Position numbers and translations under genes: made by a program
Shown: positions 54,400 through 62,738 of the stretch, in pieces
Position numbering within the stretch: position 1 is the stretch's first letter
How the letters are laid out: each line of letters begins with the position of its first letter
The notes under the pieces: generated by a model
Database searches by the model: none
Told to the model about the DNA's origin: nothing
The model's input: only the letters and a program-made list of their open reading frames with translations
Source of the DNA: Vicinamibacteria bacterium
GTDB taxonomy: Bacteria > Acidobacteriota > Vicinamibacteria > Vicinamibacterales > JAENWD01
Length of the DNA: 64,000 bases
Assembly (NCBI GenBank): GCA_963764495.1
Contig: CAVXSR010000022.1
Coordinates: 171,501-235,500, forward strand
Direction of reading: 5' to 3'

Positions 54400-56352
54400 A
54401 TGATGAACGCCGAGAATCAGGAAGCAGCGGTCACCACGGATCGGAAGTATCTTCTCGAACGCGTTGGCGAGGCGGCGGTCGTGCAGCTGTACGCCGACGG
54501 ATTCGAGCACCTGCCGCTGAAAGACAAGATCCTCTGCTGGCATCTCTATCAGGCTGCCCTGGCGGGACGCGACATCTATTACGACCAGCGCTACGCGCAC
54601 AATCTCGAGATGCGTGCGCTGCTCGAGGCGATCGTCACGCACGGCGACGGGGTCGACCCGGCAACGCTCGACGCGATCTCGCGCTACACCAAGCTTTTCT
54701 GGATCAACACCGGCCCGTTCAACAACATCACCGCCCGGAAGTTCGTGCCGGACTGCACGCCGGAGGCCTTTGCCGCCGCGGTCCGCGTCGCCATCGCCAA
54801 CGGTGCGGCGATTCCCACCGTTTCCGGCGAGCGCATCGACGACGTGCTGATGCGCCTGCATCGGCCGTTCTTCGATCGCGACTTCGAGGGCATCGTGACG
54901 TGCAAGACGCCTGGCGAAGGCCGCGACATCCTCGAGGCCAGCGCCAACAATCTGTACGTCGGCGTCTCGATGCACATGCTCGACGGCTTCGCCGAGCAGC
55001 ACGCCCTCAACTCACGGTTGGTCAGGAAGGACAGCGGACTGGTGGAAGAGGTGTATCGCGTCGGCGGCCGCTACTCCGATCAGCTCGCGCGCATCGTCGC
55101 GCATCTCGAAGCGGCGATCGCCTTTGCGCCGGCGCCAACCGCCGCTGCGCTGGAGGCGCTGGTCCGGTTCTATCGAACCGGTGAAATCGAGGAGCGCCGA
55201 CGCTACGACGTCGCGTGGGTGGCGGACACCGAATCCACGGTGGACACGATCAACGGCTTCATCGAGGTCTACATGGATGCGCGTGGCGTGAAGGGCGCCT
55301 GGGAATCGCTCGTCTACTACGTCCATCCCGAAAAGACCGCGGCCGTTCGCGCAATTGCCGATCATGCGCAATGGTTCGAGGATCGGATGCCGTGGCACCC
55401 GCAGTGGCGCAAGCCGCAGGTCACCGGCGTCTCGGCGCGCGCCATCGAGGTGATCGTCGAGGCGGGCGATGCCGGACCGATGACGCCGATCGGCATCAAC
55501 CTGCCGAACGATCAGGAGATTCGCGAGACCTCCGGCAGCAAGTCGGTCTCGCTCTCGAACGTGGCCGAGGCCTACGAGAAGTCGATGCCGCGCGAGTTCC
55601 GCAGCGAGTTCTCGTGGAACGCGGACGAAGTCCTCCGCGCCGAGCGCTGGGGCGCGTTCGCGTCTGAACTGACGACGAACCTGCACGAGATCATCGGCCA
55701 CGGATCGGGCCTGGTGTCGCCGCTCCTCAACGGCTCGCCCGAGAAGGCGCTGAAGGAGCAGTTCTCGGCCATCGAAGAGGCGCGCGCCGATCTCGTCGCG
55801 TTGTATTTCGTCGCCGATCCCTACCTTGTCGAGATCGGGGTCGTCCGCGACGACGCGCTGCAGGAAATCGTCCTCGCGGAATACGAGGCCTATGCCCGTA
55901 ACGCGCTGGTGCAGCTGCGGCGGATTCGCGAAGGGTCGCAGATTGAAGAAGACCACATGCGGAATCGCCAGCTCATCGTCCACTGGCTGCTCGCCAATAC
56001 GGAAGCAATCCAGATCGCGTCGCGCGACGGCAAGACGTTCTACCGCATGGTGGATGCCAATGCCTTCCGCGGTGGCGTCGGACGCCTCCTTGCCGAGGTG
56101 CAGCGCATCAAGGCGGAGGGCGACTATGCCGCGGCGAAAGAGCTGGTCGAGACATACGGCGTACACTTCGATCCAGAGCTCCGCGACGAGGTCGTCCGCC
56201 GGGTCGAGCGGCTGGATCTGCCCTCCTACAGCGCGTTCGTGATGCCGAAGCTGGAGCCCGTCACCGATGCCGACGGCACCATCACCGACGTGAAGATCAC
56301 GTATCCGCAGGATCTGATGACCCAGATGCTGGAGTTTTCAGGAACGCGCTAA
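54400..56352 (+). CDS. M49 dipeptidyl-peptidase III-family metallopeptidase
   Basis: ATG 54400 follows GGAGGG. HEIIGH (HExxGH) and EEARAD (EExxAE-type) zinc motifs. Confidence 0.85.
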   Translation: MMNAENQEAAVTTDRKYLLERVGEAAVVQLYADGFEHLPLKDKILCWHLYQAALAGRDIYYDQRYAHNLEMRALLEAIVTHGDGVDPATLDAISRYTKLFWINTGPFNNITARKFVPDCTPEAFAAAVRVAIANGAAIPTVSGERIDDVLMRLHRPFFDRDFEGIVTCKTPGEGRDILEASANNLYVGVSMHMLDGFAEQHALNSRLVRKDSGLVEEVYRVGGRYSDQLARIVAHLEAAIAFAPAPTAAALEALVRFYRTGEIEERRRYDVAWVADTESTVDTINGFIEVYMDARGVKGAWESLVYYVHPEKTAAVRAIADHAQWFEDRMPWHPQWRKPQVTGVSARAIEVIVEAGDAGPMTPIGINLPNDQEIRETSGSKSVSLSNVAEAYEKSMPREFRSEFSWNADEVLRAERWGAFASELTTNLHEIIGHGSGLVSPLLNGSPEKALKEQFSAIEEARADLVALYFVADPYLVEIGVVRDDALQEIVLAEYEAYARNALVQLRRIREGSQIEEDHMRNRQLIVHWLLANTEAIQIASRDGKTFYRMVDANAFRGGVGRLLAEVQRIKAEGDYAAAKELVETYGVHFDPELRDEVVRRVERLDLPSYSAFVMPKLEPVTDADGTITDVKITYPQDLMTQMLEFSGTR

Positions 56353-56406
56353 CCCGCTCAACCTGATCAACCCGACCGACCCGCTGAACTCGGGTAACCT
56401 GATTCG

Positions 56407-57579
56407 ATGTTTTCGTCGCGTGTTCCGAGCGACCTCGGCCCTAACGCGGTCGCGTCTGCCGTCGAACGGATGCGGTTGTCCGGCCGAGGTTTCGACGATC
56501 TGACGGTCTCGAACCCCACGCAGGCGGCCATCGACTATCCGCCGGATCTGCTGGCGCCGCTCGGTGCGTCGAGCTCGCTCGTGTACGACCCGCAGCCGTT
56601 CGGCCTGGCCGCGGCGCGCACCGCGGTCGCGGCCGACTATCACCGGCGGGGCGTCCATGTTCCAGCCTCGCACGTGGCGCTCACCGCGAGCAGCAGCGAA
56701 AGCTACGCCTTCCTCTTCAAGCTGCTCTGCGATCCCGGCGATTCGGTGCTGGTGCCGACGCCGAGCTATCCGCTCTTCGAGCATCTCACCCGGCTCGAGC
56801 AGGTGCATGCTCTCCCGTACAGCACGCAGTACCACGGCACGTGGAGCATCGATCTCGACGATCTCCGCCAGGCGATCGGGAAGCGGACGCGGGCCATCCT
56901 GGTGGTCAGCCCCAACAATCCCACCGGCGGATGGCTGAAGCGCGATGAGCTGACGGCGCTCCTCGGCTTCTGCGCCGAACACCGGCTGGCGCTGATTGGC
57001 GACGAAGTGTTCTGCGATTACCCGATCGATCCGGCGCCGGGCGCGGCCCGCTCGGTCCTGGAGCGCGAGGAGACGGTCTTGACGATCGGGCTCGGCGGCG
57101 CGTCCAAGTCCCTGGGCCTGCCGCAGGTGAAGCTGGGATGGATTGCGCTCAAGGGGTCGGGCGCACTGGTGCAGAGCGCGCTCATGCGGCTGGAGCTGAT
57201 TGCCGACACGTATCTGTCGGTCAACACGCCGGCCCAGCACGCATTGCCTGGGCTGTTCGACGCGGCGCAGGGCGTCCGTCGCCAAATTCGTAACCGGGTA
57301 CTGCACAATTATCACGTGCTGCAGCAACTGGTCTCGCACCTGCCGTCCTGTCAGTTGCTCCGCGCCGAGGGCGGCTGGTCGGCGGTGGTGCGCGTGCCGC
57401 ACACGATGCCCGAGGATCAGCGGGTCATCCAGCTGCTCGAAGAGGATCGTGTCCTGGTGCATCCCGGCTATTTCTTCGACTTTCCGCGAGAGGGTTACCT
57501 TATCGTGAGCCTCTTGCCGCGGCCAGACGCCTTCCGGTCGGCGGTCGAGCGCGTGCTGGACACGCTCACGCGCGGCTGA
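56407..57579 (+). CDS. class I/II PLP-dependent aminotransferase
   Basis: SPNNPTG, GDEVF and GGASKSLGLPQVKLGW (PLP-lysine region). Confidence 0.85.
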   Translation: MFSSRVPSDLGPNAVASAVERMRLSGRGFDDLTVSNPTQAAIDYPPDLLAPLGASSSLVYDPQPFGLAAARTAVAADYHRRGVHVPASHVALTASSSESYAFLFKLLCDPGDSVLVPTPSYPLFEHLTRLEQVHALPYSTQYHGTWSIDLDDLRQAIGKRTRAILVVSPNNPTGGWLKRDELTALLGFCAEHRLALIGDEVFCDYPIDPAPGAARSVLEREETVLTIGLGGASKSLGLPQVKLGWIALKGSGALVQSALMRLELIADTYLSVNTPAQHALPGLFDAAQGVRRQIRNRVLHNYHVLQQLVSHLPSCQLLRAEGGWSAVVRVPHTMPEDQRVIQLLEEDRVLVHPGYFFDFPREGYLIVSLLPRPDAFRSAVERVLDTLTRG

Positions 57580-57596
57580 CGGACCAACCCCCGCTG

Positions 57597-59177
57597 ATGC
57601 GTCCTCGACCCTTGCCCGGCCGCTCCGCCGGCCTCGTCGTGCCGCTCTTCTCGCTGCACTCGGCCCGAAGCTGGGGGATAGGCGACACCGGCGATCTCGC
57701 CCCTTGCGCGCGATGGCTCGAGCGCGCGGGTCTTCGCGCGCTGCAGCTCCTGCCGGTCAGCACGCTGCCGGCGGGACAGACCTCGCCGTACTCCGCGCTC
57801 AGCGCCATGGCGATCGATCCGATCTACGTGGCGATGCCGGACGTCAGCGACTTCCAGAATCTGGGCTCGGAGGCGCGGCTGCCGCTCGCCGATCAGGCTG
57901 CGCTCCGCCGGGCGCGATCATCGCCGCGCCTGCGCTACGACGATGTCCGGCAGGCGAAGGAGGCGGCGCTGCGCCTGGCGTTCAGCCAGTTCTACGACGT
58001 CGAGTGGCGCCGCACCACGGCGCGCGCAGGGGCATTCGCCGCCTACGTCTCCTGGGAAGAATGGTGGCTCGCCGACTACGCGCTCTACAGCGCCCTGCGC
58101 GAGCGTCACGGGCGCCGGTCGTGGGTCGAGTGGCCGGAGGCCCTTCGCATTCGCGACGAGGCAGCGCTGGACGAGGTCAGACGCGAGCTGGAGCAGGAAA
58201 TCCTGTTTCACCAGTACGTGCAGTGGCTGGCGGACGAGCAGTGGCAAGCCGCGCGGGAGGCGATGGGCGAGGTGCGGCTATTCGGCGATTTCCCCTTCAT
58301 GGTCGCGGCCGACAGCGCCGACGTGTGGGCGCGCCAGCACCTGTTTCGCTTCGACGCGACGGTCGGCACCGCGCCGGACGCGTTCAGCGAAACCGGACAG
58401 GACTGGGGGCTTCCGGTCTACCGCTGGGACGTGATGGAAGGTGAGGACTTTCGCTGGCTGCGCCAGCGCGCGCGCCGCATGGCGCGGCTCTACGACGGCT
58501 ATCGCGTCGACCATCTGATCGGGTTCTTCCGGACCTACTCGCGCCCCATCGGCGACGCGACCGGCGCATTCGATCCTTGCGACGAAGCGTCACAGATCGC
58601 GCTGGGGGAATCGCTGCTCAGGCTGTTTCAGGAGGACGGCGCGCAGATCACCGCCGAGGACCTCGGCTCGATCCCCGATTTCGTTCGCCAGACGCTGCTC
58701 ACGATGGGAGTCCCCGGCTACAAGGTGCTGCGCTGGGAACGCGCCTGGAAGGAAGAAGGCAAGCCGTACATCGATCCCACGGCCTACCCGTCGACGTCGG
58801 TCGTGACGACCAGCGTGCACGATATCGAGCCGATCGTGCTCTGGTGGGAGGTGGCCGACGAGGACGAACGCCACCAGTTCGCCGCGCTGCTGAATCCCAG
58901 CGACGCCGCCGAACGCGCGCTGGCCGCGTCGCCGTTCACCTCAACGCTCCGAGACGAAATCCTGGGTCTTGCGTATCACGCCGGATCCGATCTGCTGCTG
59001 CTGCCCGTACAGGATGCGTTCGGCTGGCGAGATCGGATCAACACGCCGGCCACTATCGGCGACGACAACTGGACGTGGCGTATGCCGATTGGTGTCGACG
59101 ACCTCGCGGTGCACGCAGATGCGGTGGAGTGTGCAGACAGGTTGCGCCGGCTCGCCGACGAATCAGGACGTTTGTGA
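57597..59177 (+). CDS. malQ: 4-alpha-glucanotransferase (GH77 amylomaltase)
   Basis: GLVVPLFSLHSARSWGIGDTGDL, LQLLPV, SPYSALSAMAIDPIY, YRVDHLIGFFR, EDLG and VTTSVHD. Confidence 0.9.
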   Translation: MRPRPLPGRSAGLVVPLFSLHSARSWGIGDTGDLAPCARWLERAGLRALQLLPVSTLPAGQTSPYSALSAMAIDPIYVAMPDVSDFQNLGSEARLPLADQAALRRARSSPRLRYDDVRQAKEAALRLAFSQFYDVEWRRTTARAGAFAAYVSWEEWWLADYALYSALRERHGRRSWVEWPEALRIRDEAALDEVRRELEQEILFHQYVQWLADEQWQAAREAMGEVRLFGDFPFMVAADSADVWARQHLFRFDATVGTAPDAFSETGQDWGLPVYRWDVMEGEDFRWLRQRARRMARLYDGYRVDHLIGFFRTYSRPIGDATGAFDPCDEASQIALGESLLRLFQEDGAQITAEDLGSIPDFVRQTLLTMGVPGYKVLRWERAWKEEGKPYIDPTAYPSTSVVTTSVHDIEPIVLWWEVADEDERHQFAALLNPSDAAERALAASPFTSTLRDEILGLAYHAGSDLLLLPVQDAFGWRDRINTPATIGDDNWTWRMPIGVDDLAVHADAVECADRLRRLADESGRL

Positions 59178-59178
59178 T

Positions 59179-59254
59179 AGCCCGAGCTAAAGCTCGGGCC
59201 TACGTACAATGCACGCGACTTCCCGCGTACGTAGGCCCAAGCTTTAGCTTGGGC
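59179..59254. repeat. REPIN-like inverted doublet
   Basis: GCCCGAGC-TAAAG-CTCGGGCCTACGTA, a spacer of about 21 nt, then TACGTAGGCCCAAGC-TTTAG-CTTGGGC. The arms are reverse complements apart from one compensated stem position. Confidence 0.9.
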
Positions 59255-59265
59255 ATTACATTGAT

Positions 59266-60771
59266 ATGACCACCGCGCAAAATCCGTCACCAATCCGCGC
59301 TCCTGAACTCTCCGGCGCCATCGCGTGGCTCAACGTGCCGGCGCCCCTCTCCTTGAAAGCGCTTCGCGGCAAGGTCGTCCTCCTCGATTTCTGGACCTAC
59401 GGGTGCATCAACTGCATCCACATCCTGCCCGACCTGAAGAAGCTCGAGGCGCGTTTCCCGAATGAGCTCGTCGTCATCGGCATCCACGCCGCGAAGTTCG
59501 ACAACGAGAAGGCGACCGAGAACATCCGGCGAATCGTGCAGCGTTACGGGATCACGCATCCCGTCGCCAACGACGCCGAGTTCCGGATCTGGCGCGCCTA
59601 CACGGTCCGCGCCTGGCCGTCGCGCGTGATCATCGATCCGGCCGGGTACATCGTTGGCGCCGCGTCGGGCGAGGGGAACTACGAGGGGTTCGAACAGACG
59701 ATCGAGGCCGTGATTCGGGTCTTCGATGAGCGCGGCGGGATCGACCGGACACCGCTTCAGGCGAAGCTGGAGGCGGAAGGCGTCGCCGACACCGCCTTGC
59801 AGTTTCCGGGCAAGGTGCTCGCCACGCTGGAGCGCCTGTTCGTCAGCGATTCGAATCATCACCAGATCGTCGTCGCGGCGCACGACGGCCGCGAGGTCGA
59901 TCGCATCGGCAGCGGACGGCCCGGCCAGGCCGACGGCAGCTTCGCCGCAGCCGAGTTCCACAGACCGCAGGGGCTGGCGGTGATTGACGGCCGCTTATGG
60001 GTCGCGGACACCGACAACCACCTCCTGCGTGCGATCGACTTCGACGCGCGCACGGTGTCCACCGAAGCAGGGACCGGCAAGCAGTGCACGTGGAAGGAGG
60101 ATGGCGGGAAGGCCGCAACGGTCGCGCTCAACTCGCCGTGGGACATCGCCGTGCACGGCCCGCTCCTGTTCATCGCAATGGCCGGAGCCCACCAGATCTG
60201 GATGATGGACGTCTCGCGCGGCATTCTCTGGCCCTACGCCGGGTCGGGTCACGAGGCACGAATCGACGGCTCGATCGAGGAAGCCGCGTTTGCGCAGCCC
60301 TCCGGGGTCGCCGTCGCCGCCGAGCGGATGTTCGTGGCGGATGCTGAGTCGAACATCATCCGCGCGATCGAGTTGCCGCCGGTGAACACGGTGCGAACGC
60401 TGGCCGGCGGCGATCTGTTCGAGTTCGGCGATATGGACGGGAAGGGCGACGCTGTCCGTTTACAGCATCCGCTGGGGGTTGCCTTGCTCGCGGACGGTCG
60501 CGTGGCGATCGCCGACACCTACAATCACAAGATCAAAGTGCTCGATCCGCAGTCCGGTCGGGTGACGACCCTGGCCGGCAGCGGCAAGCCAGGGCACCTC
60601 GATGGCCCCGGGCGCCAGGCGCAGTTCTACGAGCCCGGCGGATTGAGCGTCAGCGGCGAAGAGATCTTCGTCGCTGACACCAACAATCACTGTATTCGAG
60701 TCGTCGACGCGAAGACGGGTGCGACGACGACACGTCCGCTCAATTCTGCGTTGGCTTCGCCGCCGGCGTAG
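59266..60771 (+). CDS. thioredoxin-like (redoxin) domain fused to NHL-repeat beta-propeller (NHLRC2-like)
   Basis: LLDFWTYGCINCIH redox motif. Repeated NHL blades (FHRPQGLAVIDGRLWVADTDNHLLRAI, FAQPSGVAV..FVADAESNIIRAI, FYEPGGLSV..FVADTNNHCIRVV). Confidence 0.9.
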   Translation: MTTAQNPSPIRAPELSGAIAWLNVPAPLSLKALRGKVVLLDFWTYGCINCIHILPDLKKLEARFPNELVVIGIHAAKFDNEKATENIRRIVQRYGITHPVANDAEFRIWRAYTVRAWPSRVIIDPAGYIVGAASGEGNYEGFEQTIEAVIRVFDERGGIDRTPLQAKLEAEGVADTALQFPGKVLATLERLFVSDSNHHQIVVAAHDGREVDRIGSGRPGQADGSFAAAEFHRPQGLAVIDGRLWVADTDNHLLRAIDFDARTVSTEAGTGKQCTWKEDGGKAATVALNSPWDIAVHGPLLFIAMAGAHQIWMMDVSRGILWPYAGSGHEARIDGSIEEAAFAQPSGVAVAAERMFVADAESNIIRAIELPPVNTVRTLAGGDLFEFGDMDGKGDAVRLQHPLGVALLADGRVAIADTYNHKIKVLDPQSGRVTTLAGSGKPGHLDGPGRQAQFYEPGGLSVSGEEIFVADTNNHCIRVVDAKTGATTTRPLNSALASPPA

Positions 60772-62359
60772 GGGTCGTCGGCTGGGCCGGCTGCGGCTTG
60801 GGAAGCGGCTTCCGCGGCAGCAGCAGCTCCCGATTGGCGGCGTCGTAGACGAACGACGCGACGATGACGGCGTTCTTCATCATGTCGCTGGCCTGCAGCC
60901 GATCCCAGACGTCCATGTTCGAGTGATGCGTCCGGGTCTCGTACTCCACTTCGTCCTGGACGAACTGGAACGCCGGGATTCCCACCGCGTCGAATGACAG
61001 ATGATCGGTGCCGCTGGTGTTCTGCGGCGTCATCATCGTCATGCCCAGGCTGGCAAACGGCTTCATCCAGTCGGCGAAGACCTGGCCGACGGCGTCGTTC
61101 CCCTGCAGGTAAATGCCGCGAATCGCGCCGGTGCCGTTATCGACGTTGAAATAGCCGCTGATCTTCGCGTGCGCAGGCTTCAGCGCCATCGTTTCCTTGT
61201 CGGCGAAGTTCGCTTTCACGTACGCCTTCGAGCCGAGCAATCCCTGCTCCTCGCCGGTCCACAGCGCGAGCCGGACGGTGCGGCGCATCTTGACGCCCGA
61301 CGCCTTGAGGATGCGCATCGCCTCCAGCATCACGGCCGATCCGGCGCCGTTGTCGGTGGCGCCGGTGCCGGTGTGCCAGGAATCGAAATGGGCGCCGAGC
61401 ATGACGAGCTCGTCGGCCTTGTCGGTGCCGGGGATTTCCGCGATCACATTGAACGTGTCCGCTGACTCGGTGATCGCGTTCTTCGCGTTCAGCTCGATCG
61501 AAACCGGCACGTTCTTTTGCAGCACGCGCGCGATCCGGTTGTAGTGCTCGACGGCGACCACGACCTGGGTCGGGACCTTCTCGGGATAGCGCACGTAGGT
61601 TTGCGGTGCCTTGGCGTTGTAGAGACCGCCCTGCTGCACGAAGATCGTGCCCCCGTCGCCGCTGCGGCTCGGCTCGAGCACCGCCGCGACGCCTTCGTCC
61701 ACCAGGAACTGCAGGCGCTTCGGCGTAAAGGCGAGGAGCGCGCGGTTGTAGTTCCGCCGCGGGCTCGCGGTCGGATCGACCTCCTCGAGCTTCTTGAGAT
61801 CGGTTTCGGTGTACCGCGTCGCCAGTGGATCGAACGAGGCCTTGACCTCACGTGTCGGATACGCGAGGACGATCTTGCCTTTGAGCTTGCCCTTCCACTT
61901 CTCGAGATCCTTCTCGTCCTCGAGCGGCGCGAAGACGGCCTCCGCCGTGATCGCACCGTCAGTGCCGGGCGTCCAGGCTTTCGGGCCGCCGATGATCGGC
62001 CAGGGCGTGGGTGCGACAACCGATGCCGAGAAACGCTCGTTCTGCCAGCCATGTCCGAACGGGCCCCAGGGCTCCAGGTGCACGTTCTGTGCGCCCCATT
62101 CGGTCAGTTTCTTCACCGTCCAGTCGCCGGCGGCCTTGATGTTCGGCGATCCTGTCAGGCGCGCACCGTACACATCCGTAAGCCAGCTCGCCGTCTCCAT
62201 CACCTGGGACCGCTCGAAGCCCTCTTCCTTGATCCGATACAGCGCGTCGTAATCGATGGCGCTGGCGGCGGTGGACGGCGGCGCGACCTGGGCGCCGGCG
62301 GACACGCCGAGGAGGCAGACGACGAGCAAGACCTGGGTCGCACGAACACGATGCAGCAC
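60740..62359 (-). CDS. M28-family aminopeptidase with PA domain, secreted
   Basis: GTG 62359 lies 8 nt after GGAGGAG (VLHRVRATQVLLVVCLLGVSAGA). Contains HFDSWHTGTGATDNGAGSAVMLE, WTGEEQGLLGS and DHLSF. Confidence 0.9.
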   Translation of the reverse strand: MLHRVRATQVLLVVCLLGVSAGAQVAPPSTAASAIDYDALYRIKEEGFERSQVMETASWLTDVYGARLTGSPNIKAAGDWTVKKLTEWGAQNVHLEPWGPFGHGWQNERFSASVVAPTPWPIIGGPKAWTPGTDGAITAEAVFAPLEDEKDLEKWKGKLKGKIVLAYPTREVKASFDPLATRYTETDLKKLEEVDPTASPRRNYNRALLAFTPKRLQFLVDEGVAAVLEPSRSGDGGTIFVQQGGLYNAKAPQTYVRYPEKVPTQVVVAVEHYNRIARVLQKNVPVSIELNAKNAITESADTFNVIAEIPGTDKADELVMLGAHFDSWHTGTGATDNGAGSAVMLEAMRILKASGVKMRRTVRLALWTGEEQGLLGSKAYVKANFADKETMALKPAHAKISGYFNVDNGTGAIRGIYLQGNDAVGQVFADWMKPFASLGMTMMTPQNTSGTDHLSFDAVGIPAFQFVQDEVEYETRTHHSNMDVWDRLQASDMMKNAVIVASFVYDAANRELLLPRKPLPKPQPAQPTTPTPAAKPTQN

Positions 62360-62445
62360 GGCGGGCTCCTCCGCTCGGAAGGGAAAAACACAACATATCA
62401 CGCTCGTCCCTGACGAAAGGCAGCTGGTCACGCCTGTTGCAGTTG

Positions 62446-62500
62446 GGCCCGACTTTGGTCGGGCCAATGTCCGGCCGCACTGAAGTGCGGCCCTACTGCG
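62446..62500. repeat. REP-like hairpin pair
   Basis: GGGCCCGAC-TTTGG-TCGGGCC and GGCCGCAC-TGAAG-GTGCGGCCCTACTG. Confidence 0.85.
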
Positions 62501-62738
62501 GACCGCCAACAGTCTTGTAATTCCGGCGCCAAGTTCGTCGCCGCGACTGCGGGTCTCCATCTCGGTTTCTGCGCGCCCGGCACGGTTTTCGTCGGATTTC
62601 GCAAATGGTCCGCAGGTTGCACAGCGCGTCTTCGCGGCCTTGTCGGCCGCTCCCGACCAGACGATGCACTCTGCCGCACACGCCTCGACAAGCAGCTCGG
62701 CTGCGGACTTCGCCGACGGTCTTGGCGTTCGCCTCAAG

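Noticed and set aside
52985-56166. Minus-strand ORFs 52985..54280 and 55012..56166
   Set aside because: Antisense to the beta-CASP and M49 genes. Low-complexity Arg-rich translations.
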